Part shown: positions 30,170-42,735 of the stretch, piece by piece
Numbering within the stretch: position 1 is the first letter of the stretch
How the letters are laid out: each line of letters begins with the position of its first letter
Assembly (NCBI RefSeq): GCF_000150275.1
Contig: NW_002060943.1
Location: 2,880,462 to 2,944,461, forward strand
Reading direction: 5' to 3'
Length of the DNA stretch: 64,000 nt
From: Trichoplax adhaerens
Taxonomy: Eukaryota; Animalia; Placozoa
Translations under genes and position numbers: made by a program
Notes under the pieces: generated by a model
Seen by the model: the letters and a program-made list of their open reading frames with translations, nothing else
What the model was told of the DNA's origin: nothing
Databases searched by the model: none

Positions 30170-33100
30170 ATGGCGCAGTGTGGCAAATTTTTAATTTACT
30201 TTTCCATCTTCATCATCACTTTGGCGACATTGTGCTCTTGTCAAAGCGGTAGCGTTATCTATAAAGATGGCTTGTATACTTTTTCAAAAGGAATCAATAA
30301 AAGAGCGGCTAGTTATGGTACATTTACGGACAAAATTGCAAGTAGTGGGTAAGCATAATCAAATATCCATGGTTGCCATTTGTATTCAACAAGAGCTAAA
30401 GAGTTTCTCGATGGAAAATACTGTAAAGCATACCGCTACTAAAGTAGTATACAATTGAATAATATCTTACTTTTCATTGGATGCCGGCGTTATTTCCATG
30501 TAGATTATACTTGGTCTATCCTGTAGATTTAGATGACTAGTATTAAAGTCAACTTAATTTGTAGTGTTGAGATAGATTGCATTAAATACGTTACCCATCT
30601 CGGTAGTTCCCATTTGCCACGACTGTAGTGTTCAAATGTTATAAAGCAATCGAAGGACTGTAAACATTCAATCATAGTATAGCGCACTACTACCAAGCTA
30701 AGCAACAAAATAAATAACGTATACTTGCTCAAGTGTTCCCATTGGTGCTAAATTACGATTGTCAAGCGCAGCTACTCAAGTTAGTGAAGTACTGTAGAAC
30801 AGCGAATGATAGTGACTTAATATTACTTTTCATGTTACGTCAGCCTAATAGTCATCATCTTACGTACAGATCTTCAATTATCCTACAAAACAGGAATTGC
30901 AGTTTAGTAGTCCCTACAATAAAAAAAGATTATAACGTATACTCACCTATATTACGGTAGTATTATTAAATGCTATCAAGCAGAGCTACTAAAGTACTGC
31001 AGGGATTCAGCTATACAGGACTGTGCTGTCATGACAATCATATCCGACAGCAAGTGGGAGTTACTTTTCAAATTTTACTTTTTTACATTCTGTCAGTGTC
31101 ATAATAGACATACATAACAATCTTCAAATGCCCTACGAAGCAAGAACTCAACTACAGTAGCCCCTATAATGAAATACATTATTGTGTATACTCCTCTGCA
31201 GTGTTTCTATTTCGTATTCATTGCTGTAAAGCAAAGACGTTGAAGTAATGCAGAATTCGGTCATGCTGTCATGACTACAATATCCAACTGCTAGCAAACG
31301 AAAGTTACTTTAACTTTACTCTTTATGCTCTTTTAACGCCATCATAGTTATATATAACTATCTTCAAATGTACTACAAAAATAGCAACTTCAGTACTGTA
31401 CAGCACGGCAATGATAACAGTAATCAACAGCGAACAAGAGTTACTTTTATAATGTACTTTTCAGGTTATGCCAACATCATAATAGTACTACTCAACGATC
31501 TTTAAATGTACGACAAAACAGCAACTGAAATACTATAGCACTAAAAAATACGTTATGACGTATACTTGCCTGTATTAGTCTATTTAATGCTGCACAGTAC
31601 AGCGATGAAGTAGTACAAAATTCAGTCATACTGCAATGATAACAATTTCCTACGGTATCGAGGAGTTACTTTTTAATTTTACTTGCCATGTTTTGTAAGC
31701 GCAATAGTAATACCTAACAATCTTCAAATGTCCTACAAAATACCAAATTCTTCCAGTACAGTAGTCTGCAATGAATACGTTAATGAATGAACGCGTTTAC
31801 TCGCGCAGTATTGCATATTACAATCAATCACCGTTCGTTATACGTTATTTAAGTTATATGGTCCTTGCATATTCAATTCGAGCCGAAAGCATTCATGCCT
31901 CGTTTTGCTATTTTAGAGATTATAACGTGTTGTAATCTACTTATAACATGAAATATGTTTGAGTAAAATTGAATGATAACAATACGTAATTGCTGAATGA
32001 ATGCATTTTCATATCTTTCAATACGATCTACTGCAACTGCTATACCTAGATGGACATACCTAGATGTCCATACTAATCCGCAAGACGACGACTTCATAAC
32101 AGCTTATGCTGCTGGCTATGTCGAAGGCATTTTAACCGCAAAGTATATCTATATGCATTGGAAAAATACTGTAGGTGATTATTGCAAACAAAAATCAATT
32201 TATTGTCAGAAATTGAAAAGTTTTATTATGAAAAATAATCAATGGATGGCAACACAAATCAAGCATAGGCCACATTCCATTTATTGGTACCATGTGAGTT
32301 ATAATCGGATAATATTCTTAGTATAAATAACTAATTGTTAGCATTAAGGACGAGTTGGATTTGTTCTTACAGTCCAACTATAGCAATGGTATTCGCTATT
32401 ATATTGCATCACCGTAATTCAAAATAAAATTCTCTACTATACTGTCTAGTTAAATAGTTGTATGTTTTGGTATCGTAGATCAACCTAACGCTTATACAAC
32501 AAAAAGGTTTGCGAGATGGATATCATAAAGCCATGCCTCATAAACCGATTGACGAATTTTCATTCTTGTAAGTAGACCAGACTCTTTTTATGTCAATCCT
32601 TTGTAGAGAGTTCGCTAATATGACAGTCAAACAAAAATAGAATTAAGGACGTAGCGTCAGATTAAAAATGATACGGAAAATATTTGATACGTTTTCAGAT
32701 TAATTGAACTTAGCGGAGATCTGGAATCGCTAGAAACTGCACTAAAGGATGAAGATACTCATCATGTACTTGGTAGTGGATCGTGTTCGGCCTTCATAAA
32801 AGTCCTACCCGACAACAGAGATTTATACTTTGCACATGATACATGGACTGGCTACCAAACCATGCTTAGAATATATAAATATTACGAGCTCAACTTCAGT
32901 ATGCTGCCAAAAACCAATGGTAACTTGCAATATTAGCAATAAACTAAATTTAGTATGTGAGCGCTAAGCGATCAATGTGATTTTGCGTTTTAGTTACTGT
33001 TCCTGGAACGCGAATTTCTTTCTCATCATATCCTGGCACAATTTTAAGCGGGGACGATTACTACCTTATTGGTTCTGGTTTGGTAGGTCTTTACCTCTAT

Positions 33101-34748
33101 TGTATACCCAATTCATTGAAGTTACTTTTACAATGTCACATATTGTGTCTATTTAGCATATGTGCTTAGCTGTATCGGATGTAGTACTTTATTCACAAAT
33201 TAGACTGTATATACTACTTTCGAATAAATTGCTTATCTATCTTGATAGGCAACTATGGAAACTACGAACGGAAATAGCAACGAAAAACTTTGGAAATACG
33301 TTACACCTTCGTCAGTACTAGAATGGATTCGAACAATTATTGCGAATCGTTTAACAAGCTCTGGAAATGATTGGGTGAAAATCTTTAGTAAATACAACAG
33401 TGGAACGTAAGATCATTAGAATAAATTTTCATAGACACATTTGCTCATTTATTACCAAAGCCTAGAAATATCACTGTCAGCTATCATTAATTAGATCTTT
33501 TCTCTATTTTGCAGGTACAATAATCAGGTAAAGATTTTCAAACTAATGAAGATAATAATATAATTTTAGATAGAAGATTTAGCCATTTTAGATGCGTCAA
33601 AACTGACAAAGGTTCTCTAAATAGAGTTGCATCAAAACTGTGACGACTGTTGACGTATTTTTAAAATATTCACTAATAGCAATTAATAAGTTATAGAGAG
33701 AGTACATGTACTATCCTAGAATTGAGCGAATGATTCGATCTAATTTATCGCTTTTGTAACTATATTTGGAGATGCTTCTGCTAATGGCTTCTGTTTCAAA
33801 AATTTAAATTTAGTGGATGATACTCGACTATAAATTATTTGCTCCGAAGCGTCCTTTAAATCCTAACACCTTATGGGTTTTAGAACAGATACCGTGAGTT
33901 GCTACTTACAAAGTAATCGCTATGATTGAAATGCTCATTTGGTTGTGATATCTCATCAAATAATTATTATTCTTTCTTCCATTCAAATATACGAATAAAA
34001 TAGCGGTAAAATAGAATCCGCTGATGTCACGAATGTTTTAAAGAAACAAGGTTATTGGGCCAGTTACAACGTACCGTAAGTATGACAAATGTAATTAGGC
34101 ATGAAAGCATTATTATAGCTTTAGTAACTTTTCTCTTAATGTGCGTAGATATTTTTCAAGCATTTTCAACATGAGCGGTAACCAAGAACAAGCAAAGAAA
34201 TACGGTAACTGGTTTACACATGACAAGTGTCCTCGTGCGTTAATTTTTAAGCGAGATCAGCACAAAGTTAATTCTATGGAATCTTTAATGAAGCTAATGA
34301 GGTAAATTAGTAAATTGTAGAACTTCTATAAAATTTCGCTTTTTATTGTCTAGATGAAGGTCAAAGGTTACCCGTACTTAGATTAGCTATCGTCATTAAA
34401 GCTATGCTTTTTTATAGATACAACGATTTCAAACATGATCCATTATCTAGATGTAACTGTACTCCTCCATATAGTGCAGAAAATGCCATTTCAGCCCGAT
34501 CAGATCTTAATCCAGCTGATGGAAAGTATAATATTGGAGCTCTAGGTCATCGTTGCCATGGAGGCACCGACAGTAAATCTACCAATTATACCATGTTTCA
34601 TTCAGGACTAAAGAGTTATGCCATTGCTGGGCCGACACATGAGCAGCAACCTCCATTCAGATGGAGTACGGCAAAATTTAATATGACCAAGCCCCTTGGA
34701 CATCCAGATCTGTTTAATTTTACTCGTCAGTTAGTATCGTGGGATTAA
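30170..34748 (+). CDS. PLBD2: Phospholipase B-like 2 (lysosomal Ntn-hydrolase), about 542 aa, 11 exons: 30170-30348, 32050-32293, 32479-32567, 32699-32919, 32994-33082, 33249-33406, 33515-33527, 33814-33893, 34004-34075, 34149-34301, 34418-34748
   Basis: Signal peptide; motifs GWTYLDV, AAGYVEG, LGSGSCSAFIKVLP (catalytic Cys), AHDTW, FSSYPG..SGDDY, NSGTYNNQWMILDY, YWASYNVPY, RYNDFKHDPLS..C.PPYSAENAISARSDLNP, GHPD.FNF. All introns are GT-AG and phase-consistent (1629 nt total). Confidence 0.93.
30780..31780. repeat. Degenerate tandem repeat (about 5 units of 140-250 bp) in PLBD2 intron 1
   Basis: Recurring tct(t)caaatg..ctac.aaa-like core at about 30871, 31121, 31361, 31499 and 31721, each preceded by a ttacttt block. 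Confidence 0.75.
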
Positions 34749-35249
34749 TTTTCAAATACTAAAGATCATGACTTAGTTGCAAGACAATGCCATTATGGCA
34801 ACAGTGTTAATTGTATTGATAGAAACCTTGTATGAACAACTTCAATTTGCTATGATTCAAGATAATGATCCATATTTAATAGTGCATCAAAATTCAAAAT
34901 TATTTTAATCGAAGAATTATGACGCTATTTTATTGTTAGATACTGACTGATATTACTGGTAAAGTTTTTGTGTTTTTAAGATCTATCTATATTGAATTTA
35001 TTATTGTAATATAACTTGTAATCTGTAGGTATATTTTGATTGCATGAAATAAAATTGATTATCTTTACAGCCTTACATTTTATGTAAATATTAGTATAGA
35101 AAACATAAAAAAGTACAGTATCTGCACTTGTAGGAACAGCACAGTAATAGATTATACTCGTTTAATATCTAACCAATACAGAGTTTGGCATACGAATACG
35201 ACATGATCTTATCACAACCCAGTTCATGGCATGGACCTGAAGAAATACT

Positions 35250-38200
35250 AGCTAGTTATTAATTGTTACAGCGTCATAGAACTACTCTTCCAAATTATTT
35301 GTACGAACTATTCTCAAGTTTTTGCTGTGTAAATGTACGACGGTCTATTGAATAATTTTTTGAAGCATTTTTCTATTCGAAAAGTAGTTAAGACCTCAAT
35401 ACTTCAGGCTTTAAAATTCAATTTCAACTACTTTAACCTTTCAACGTCAACTAATATGTCACCAGACTTCATATCAATTTATTTTATTTTATTTTAGTAC
35501 AAAGCAAGTTTTATACACAGTAGGTACAAGTCAAGCAATAATTCTTATTAGCAGACTCAATTTATAACAAGTAATGCATTTTATGTGCCATAACTGAATT
35601 ATACTCATATAGTACTATTTACCACCATCGATAATTAATAAGATATATGAAGCAGTCTAGGAACAATACGTCAGTCTCCGACTAAGTTTCCGCGTAAACG
35701 ATGTAGTAAATCAGATATAATTACCCTATTAATATAACTACAATTACGGACACCGATATCTTGTAACTAATGCTAAACTGTCTAGTAACAGCATCTTTGT
35801 TAAGACTACAAAAACACACAATTTACACTAAGATAATAGCAATCTCAAAATTACACTATAAGCAATTAATCTCACTATCATATCTAAATATACTGTATTT
35901 ACATCCTAACAGGTAACGTTTCAGGAGCTAGTGTTTGATTTTTACCTATAACAACCAAACATATAGAAAAATAGATGAGAAAGCATAAACAAACATTTCC
36001 CTATAAACAGCTGAATAAAATACGAGCAGTCCAATGTGATAAATCTTAGGAGCAACACGAATGCCACCAATATTTTAAAGCTCTCAGGGACTCTTACCAT
36101 CACTACTATGCATGCTTATCGGTAATATTAACAATTTGAAGTTACATATTTTGTATGTGATACTTTTCCCTTCGATTGAATAAGTGTAAGTGCAACTACC
36201 TCAGAGTTAAATATGCACTTGCAAGCGTAGCATAAATGATCACTGGTCGATTCTAAGATAATATCATTGATATAAGAACATGACTAAAATCATTCTTATT
36301 CCGTGTTTGTAAATTACCCGCTCAAATAGACAGGAACATAATTTGCACAAAGCAGTACTGTACATTAAATGAAAATTCACAGGTAGATCATCTTAATATA
36401 GCAGGCTGCAATAGCGCTTTGCGTTGGAGCGCAAGTTCATTGATTATGCCTAGCTATACAATTCAGCTAACTGAAATGACGCACATGGAAGCACTGCCGG
36501 ATAAGATCTTCAACATGGACGCAACTATAGAACAAAAAAGTCCTGTATCGCTACGACAGATACCAGAATAACCATCCCATAATTGTCACTATTTTAGAAG
36601 CTTCCAGCCAGTTGCGATATTGTTTCTAAACAGAACTTGGCAAAATTTCCTATGCAGTAATCGATATTTGCCATTAATGATTATTATGGTGTCTATTTTG
36701 AATAATGTTGCAGATGAAACGTGATTACTTTTCCTTTTAAAACTAGATGAATACTTTGACCAGTACGGTAGATTGAAATCCCTACCATAATTCCGTACCT
36801 TTCTTCTTCATATCTTTCTGTGGCATGTAGAGCACATAGGTTCAATTTTTAGTCCATAGATTGGATTAAAGTGTTGTAAAATTAATTGGCGTAGATTAAC
36901 GGAACAAAAATTGTTCCATATTTCAGTACATCTTTGACTGTCTCAAAATTTAATATTCGCTCAATGAACCTACAGTAGTAGTAGGAGACTATTACATGGT
37001 CATTAAAACCCCCCAAAATAGAGGATATAATGCGATAACCAGCTTGGAGGCCATGTAGCAATATAATCCAGTTAGAAATCCGCTACTATATCAGGTACCA
37101 TAATATCCCCTAGTTTTGGGGTAAATACGCGTATTCAGCTTTCTATTCTGAGACCAAGCTTTATTGAAGAAAAAATGTCGACATTGTCCAATGTCGTCGC
37201 AAGATAGCAATAGGAAAATAATTCGTGATATGGATAAGGGATATTAACAATTAGGCGATTAAACCACCCACCATTAATATTCACCTCAATTTGGTACATT
37301 CCAATTGTTGCGCGAATACTGTCAGCTGTCAGCTTGCAGCCAATTTCCTTCAAAAATTTGATAGGTCGTACTTGATTAGGGCATTTTCTAAGGCACCTCC
37401 AGTAAGTCTATAGTGCTATTAGCCGAAGAAATACATCACATTATGATACTACTAAATGGGAAATTGAAATAAATGGTAAGAACATACCTACATTTTACAT
37501 GTGAAAAAATGAATTAAAATCATGTGAAGTTCAGGCGATAAATACCCAAATTTTTCGTTATAAAGAGTGGATCATGAATTTTATAAACTCTTAGGTTGGG
37601 TTTATTCGGGATCTGAAGTATACTTCGCCTGCAGTATTGGAATCTTATGCTAGCTATTCTTTCTGTAGAAATATTTGCTGTGCAGCCATGGTTATTAATG
37701 GTATCCAACGATGAAACTTCCTTTCTTTAGCCTAATTTTAACATATATAAAATGGATCTGTTGTTATTCAATTTTTTAACTAATTTATTCAAAGATCACA
37801 GCCGGTAGTACCCAATCTTTATGATTACTTTAATTATACTGCAAAATTAATAATTAAGCTTAAATTTAGCATCAAGCAATTATTACAAAACTTGTCGGCA
37901 ATGCAGGCAATGATTAATGAATGGACTACTATACATGAGTACATATTTAATGCCACTAAAGCATACCTAGCTTAGTAACAGTAAATCAGGTATTACACGT
38001 AACCACCTTAATATTCTATTCGACAATTGAAAATATACAGATTGACTCAGATAATACAACAAATACCTTAAGATGGTAGGAGTTAGCACTGGTATTTCGC
38101 ATATCGACGTTTTATAGAATTATTCTTGATTTATAATTGAATATTCTACCATTTTCTTGTCTTTGATTAAAGTATTCGTTGCTTGTTGGTCTTTAAGGAT

Positions 38201-38295
38201 AGAGGCTACGTAAACTCCATTCCTATTTGAATCTCATCGCAAGGATAGGGTGATGATTTGAAGCCATCTTCATCTTGCAGAATTTTGTATTCCAT
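35250..38295 (-). pseudogene. Multi-exon pseudogene with a C-terminal Death domain and probable upstream Death + TIR-like segments
   Basis: Series of AG/GT-bounded segments with stops and frameshifts. Exon 35725-35623 reads SDLLHRLRGNLVGD*RIVPRLLHIS; the next reads LLFE*KNASKNYSI.../LRIVRTNNLEE. Both stops sit at the positions of the conserved Death-domain Trp residues. Upstream segments include IKFLKEIGCKLTADSIRATI, PYHELFSY..IRVF and IFVPLIYAN. Confidence 0.45.
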
Positions 38296-39103
38296 TTTGA
38301 GCTCGTAAGGAATAAGTTATAGGAAGATACCGATGAACTAAATAGGTTTATCTAAGCAGGAAATATTTTCTATACAGATTGAACTAATTTGCTACAATCT
38401 AAAAATTCGGCCACGACTTTGTCAAAAGCAAATATGAAATGTAAATCCGATTAATCGATGACAGTCTATTGCTGGCAATCGCTGATGTAAATGTATTCAT
38501 AGATGATTACAGTACATAGTTCAATTTTTATGTTAAGTTCAACTGTAATCATGGCTATGAACGCCATGCATATGATAAATAAACGATTCAAATGAGATAA
38601 TACTGTAGTATATGTTTCAATGTAGAATTAAAATAAGAATTGCAAAACAGACTTTATAAAATAGTCCCTAACACGTTTACACAGTATTAAAATCAAAGGG
38701 ATAGGTAATTTGTTTATGTTGTATTGAAACTGACTAAAAGTCAACTTTAATAGTAAAAGTTTTAGGTAATCTAGATAAAGTATAGCATTTTAACTGTAAT
38801 AACTTAATAGATCGCAGCGTTAAATGCTGTTCCTATTGCTTAGGTGCATTAGGAATAGCAGGTTACTTTAAGCAATGCATATTCATTAAAAATAAATCTC
38901 ATTAATATAAGAATATATCGTATTCTATAGCAACGAGATAATAACAGCTACCACAAAGCATTTAAGTCTTATGAATTAATTCTAATACTTTAACATTCTT
39001 TTCTGATATCTTGAGTCATCGGTATTCTTTTCATTTATATTGAACTTGTATTCTTAAGTTACTTCTAATAATTAAATAACTATCGAACTATTACTTTCGT
39101 GAA

Positions 39104-40535
39104 ATGCCAGTAAAACGGAATGATAATATTGGTGGGGAGGATATATAATTTGGAGCCGGCAGTGAAAATGGATATCATCATGATATACTGACTTGAATTA
39201 TGTCGAATAACCCGTCATGTTAGCCATAAGTATGTAGCACCAGTAAACAGAAGCATATCCAGTCTGTTTAACTATACATGCTTATTGCAGTAGATGTATA
39301 AATCCAATGGGTAACGTTTATACATACTGTACTATTTTTAATGTAGAACACTACCTTCACTTACAGTGTAAGGCGTTTTTATCGCCATATCATAATTTAC
39401 TACGTATAATCTTATGAATTTATAGACTTTTCGTTACGTAAACTGTAGCTAAGCCGTTGGAAAACTATTATCAACTATTTCGTTAATCGCATTTAGCATA
39501 CGCTATAACTATAATTTACCCTATAATTATTGCCGTTATCAGTATAAGAGGATAATTGGCATTAATGTAATCGTAACAAAACGAATCATTAGAGCTAAAA
39601 ATATGTCAGAAATACCTGGTCACTATGTTCAGGCTTCAGAGCTCAAATTTATTTAGAAATCAAATAAGTGCTGTTGGTAGTTTGCAGACTTCATTATTCG
39701 ATTAGTATCTAAGAACGGATACTTTCGGTTTACAGTTAGTCGTAACGCAGCAAATTCGAATCTGTTACCGTGCAAAAGCTACCGTACTGAAAAGTTCAAG
39801 AAAATCAAGTATCGTCATTTACTATTTGGAAACTTAAATGGATTGAGTAAATATTACGATCGAACTGATATTGACAAGACTACTGGTCAAAATTAAATAC
39901 AAATTAATAATAATAGCCGACAATATTACATGTACGAAGTATTTAACTCTTATAGAGAGCCTGAAATGCTAAATTTTCGATAAATCTTCAAACTCGATAA
40001 TTGTGCTTCAGTGAGTTATGAAAATAGAACTACAAATATTTTCTTTGCATCTATCCATAAATTAGTTTACATTAGATTAATTGATTACTTCTAAAATTTT
40101 AGCCATTAAACTTAACTTAAACTGCATTTTCTATATCTTTACCTGAAATTATTCGAAGTGTCGCAGTATTCTGACCGAGATTTATACCATTGATGCATGA
40201 ATTATTAACTGAAAATGATCTGAGTTTGTCAGTATTTATAGTATTGGCTAGACGCTTCAACAATCAAGTTACTGTACGGAAAAAGAGTGGATTATTCTGA
40301 GTTATTGACATGTGGCATTTTAACAATGTCGAGGGCTAAGATTCTATAGTAACTATTGCGGAAACTATTTAATTAGACAATTTACCAAGCATAAACACGT
40401 CTCTTAATCCAGTCACAAAAAGTTACCTTTAGGAAACATGCTAAAAATTTTCAGAGCACTTCCATCCGTCGCTGATTACAGCCAAATGGCTAATTTACCG
40501 AAACAATTAAAAAGCGAAGAACGTCTAGACGTATA
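39104..40535 (+). pseudogene. Decayed coding sequence of unidentified family
   Basis: 39603-40010 reads for 136 codons in one frame with only 4 stops and ends at a GTGAGT donor. Flanking segments (39104-39229, 40100-40535) are also protein-like with stops. Confidence 0.3.
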
Positions 40536-42239
40536 GATTTATTAAGAATTTCCTTCAGGCTCCAAATTATTCTATTCATCTCAGTTTTATAATCAGATGG
40601 TAACTATTAAGTACTCCCATCATTTCGTTAGTAAATAATTGTAGGTAGCTCGATAAATTTTAGCGACTACAAAAAGAATTGATAGACTAAAATTATTATA
40701 ATCTCTTAACATCCATGTCCAATAAATTTTAATCAGAGATCTAGAAGACGCCTTGCAACTATTTTATTATATCATAGCTGAGATTCTACGTAGACTCTTA
40801 AATAGTTGTTCCATTACAGCTACCTGTGCTAATAAGATCGTGAATGATAGCTACTTTAGAACTTACAGTTGGTATCTATTCCGTATATTAAACCATAAAA
40901 ATGGTGTCTTGTGTAGTAGCTCTTTATGGCTGATTTTACCAATGGAAATTATTATGCCAATTTATGATTTCAGCTAAACTAGCATTAAATAATTTAAGTA
41001 ACAGCATGATTATTAAATTTCATTTTTCAGCCAGAAATAATAAACTATATGCTGTAAGATTAAAAAATACAAACACTCTAGATATGATTTTGACATAGAA
41101 ATGCTCATTGGAATATTATTAGTTCTAAAACGAAGAAATTACAGTCCTAGCAGTCATGTCCTTTAATTAAATGATTGAATTCTTGAAGCTACGATAAACA
41201 AAAACAAAACATATTTGATAAAAATGATTGAACTATTCGTTGTCATCTTAAATTTTGTAGAATAAAAGTTTCTCCCAAAAGCAACAAGAATGCAGTTAAC
41301 TTCTAGTAAAGTGAAATACCTAGTTAATTATTCGAAATTTAATCATCGGAAATTGAGAGAATAAAAAAGATATTGTGCTTACTACCAGCAAAATATTAAA
41401 ACATTTCATTAGTACTTTCCTAGGTATTATTCGTATATTGAAGATATAATAATTATATTGCATCCATTATAAGGTCCTATACCTAGCCCAAAATTTAAGG
41501 CGATATATTGGATCAATATGCATTCATTTTTTACCATTCTGAGAGTATGAAAAAGATATCACTCCTATCCTTAAGTCAAAATTCAAGAATGATTTAATGC
41601 CGCGCTAGTTAATTTCTATAACTATGCAAATATTTAGCATCTATTGCAAAATTAATTATCTAGCGAAATGTCCAGATAGTAAGAATGGTACGTATTGATT
41701 TAACAGTTTATTATTGTTGAAGAAATAAAGAATACAGCACGATATTTAACTGGTTTAACTTCAGTTAAACTTAAGAAGATTTTAAGGGTTGTATTAGTCC
41801 TTTAGATAATAGTTAATTGCTGTAATTATGTGTAACAGTCTGCAAGCTGGAATGTATTCGTACTTTCAAATATTTAAGCACATAGTGCACGCTTATAAAC
41901 ATTTCTACATATACACTTATATAAATGATATTAACACATTATTTATCAGCTCATAGAATTAGTACTTTCAAATACAAAATTAAAAAAGCATTTATCATAC
42001 AAAATAATAATCGAGAAGTGATATAACATTGTATGACATCATTCATGTTGTTCAGAAATTGTATCACTCTTTGAACTTACATCAATTCGATATGGTTAAA
42101 TAATTAACTACGGGTTAAAGAGACATTTACGGACATGTATTGATTCAATATATTTCTTTACCATTAAATATATATTGAGTTATTCTGATATTTGTAAGTT
42201 TAATAACTCTGGGGCTGATTAGAACAATTATTAAAAACT

Positions 42240-42735
42240 ACTCGAAATAAGCTAATAGTTTGTTAACAATATGCATCTTTAGTAGTAAACTAATAAGATC
42301 CTTTAATATCTTGATATATGAGCCATCCATTTTCATAATATAATGACCATTCCTCAGTTAAAGAATTTTTATCGTTAAAGCTATAACAAAATGTGTCAAT
42401 AATGGGGAAAAATCTTTTAGTTATTTTAGTAACATATATCTGTAGCGATAAGCTAATGATGTCCTAGATATTTTAACACATGAAGTCATCCACCTTTATA
42501 ATATTGATGAAACCACTTTCATTTAATAGCTGAATTCATTGAAGCTGTAACAAAATATGGCAACAATAGAGAAAAGTTAACAGTTACGTTAGTAGAATAC
42601 ATCTGCAGCAATAAGCTAATGAGATCCTTTGATATTTGATACATAAAGGCATCGAATTCCATAATATTAATGACATCTCCTTCATTTAAAAATTGATTTC
42701 TTTAAATTATGACAAAAGTACATCAATAATGGCAA
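42240..42735. repeat. Degenerate tandem repeat, about 163-bp unit x3
   Basis: ctaat(a/g)a..tcct core at about 42290, 42452 and 42615, with shared downstream cat(c)..ataatatt.atga and acaaaa blocks. Confidence 0.8.
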
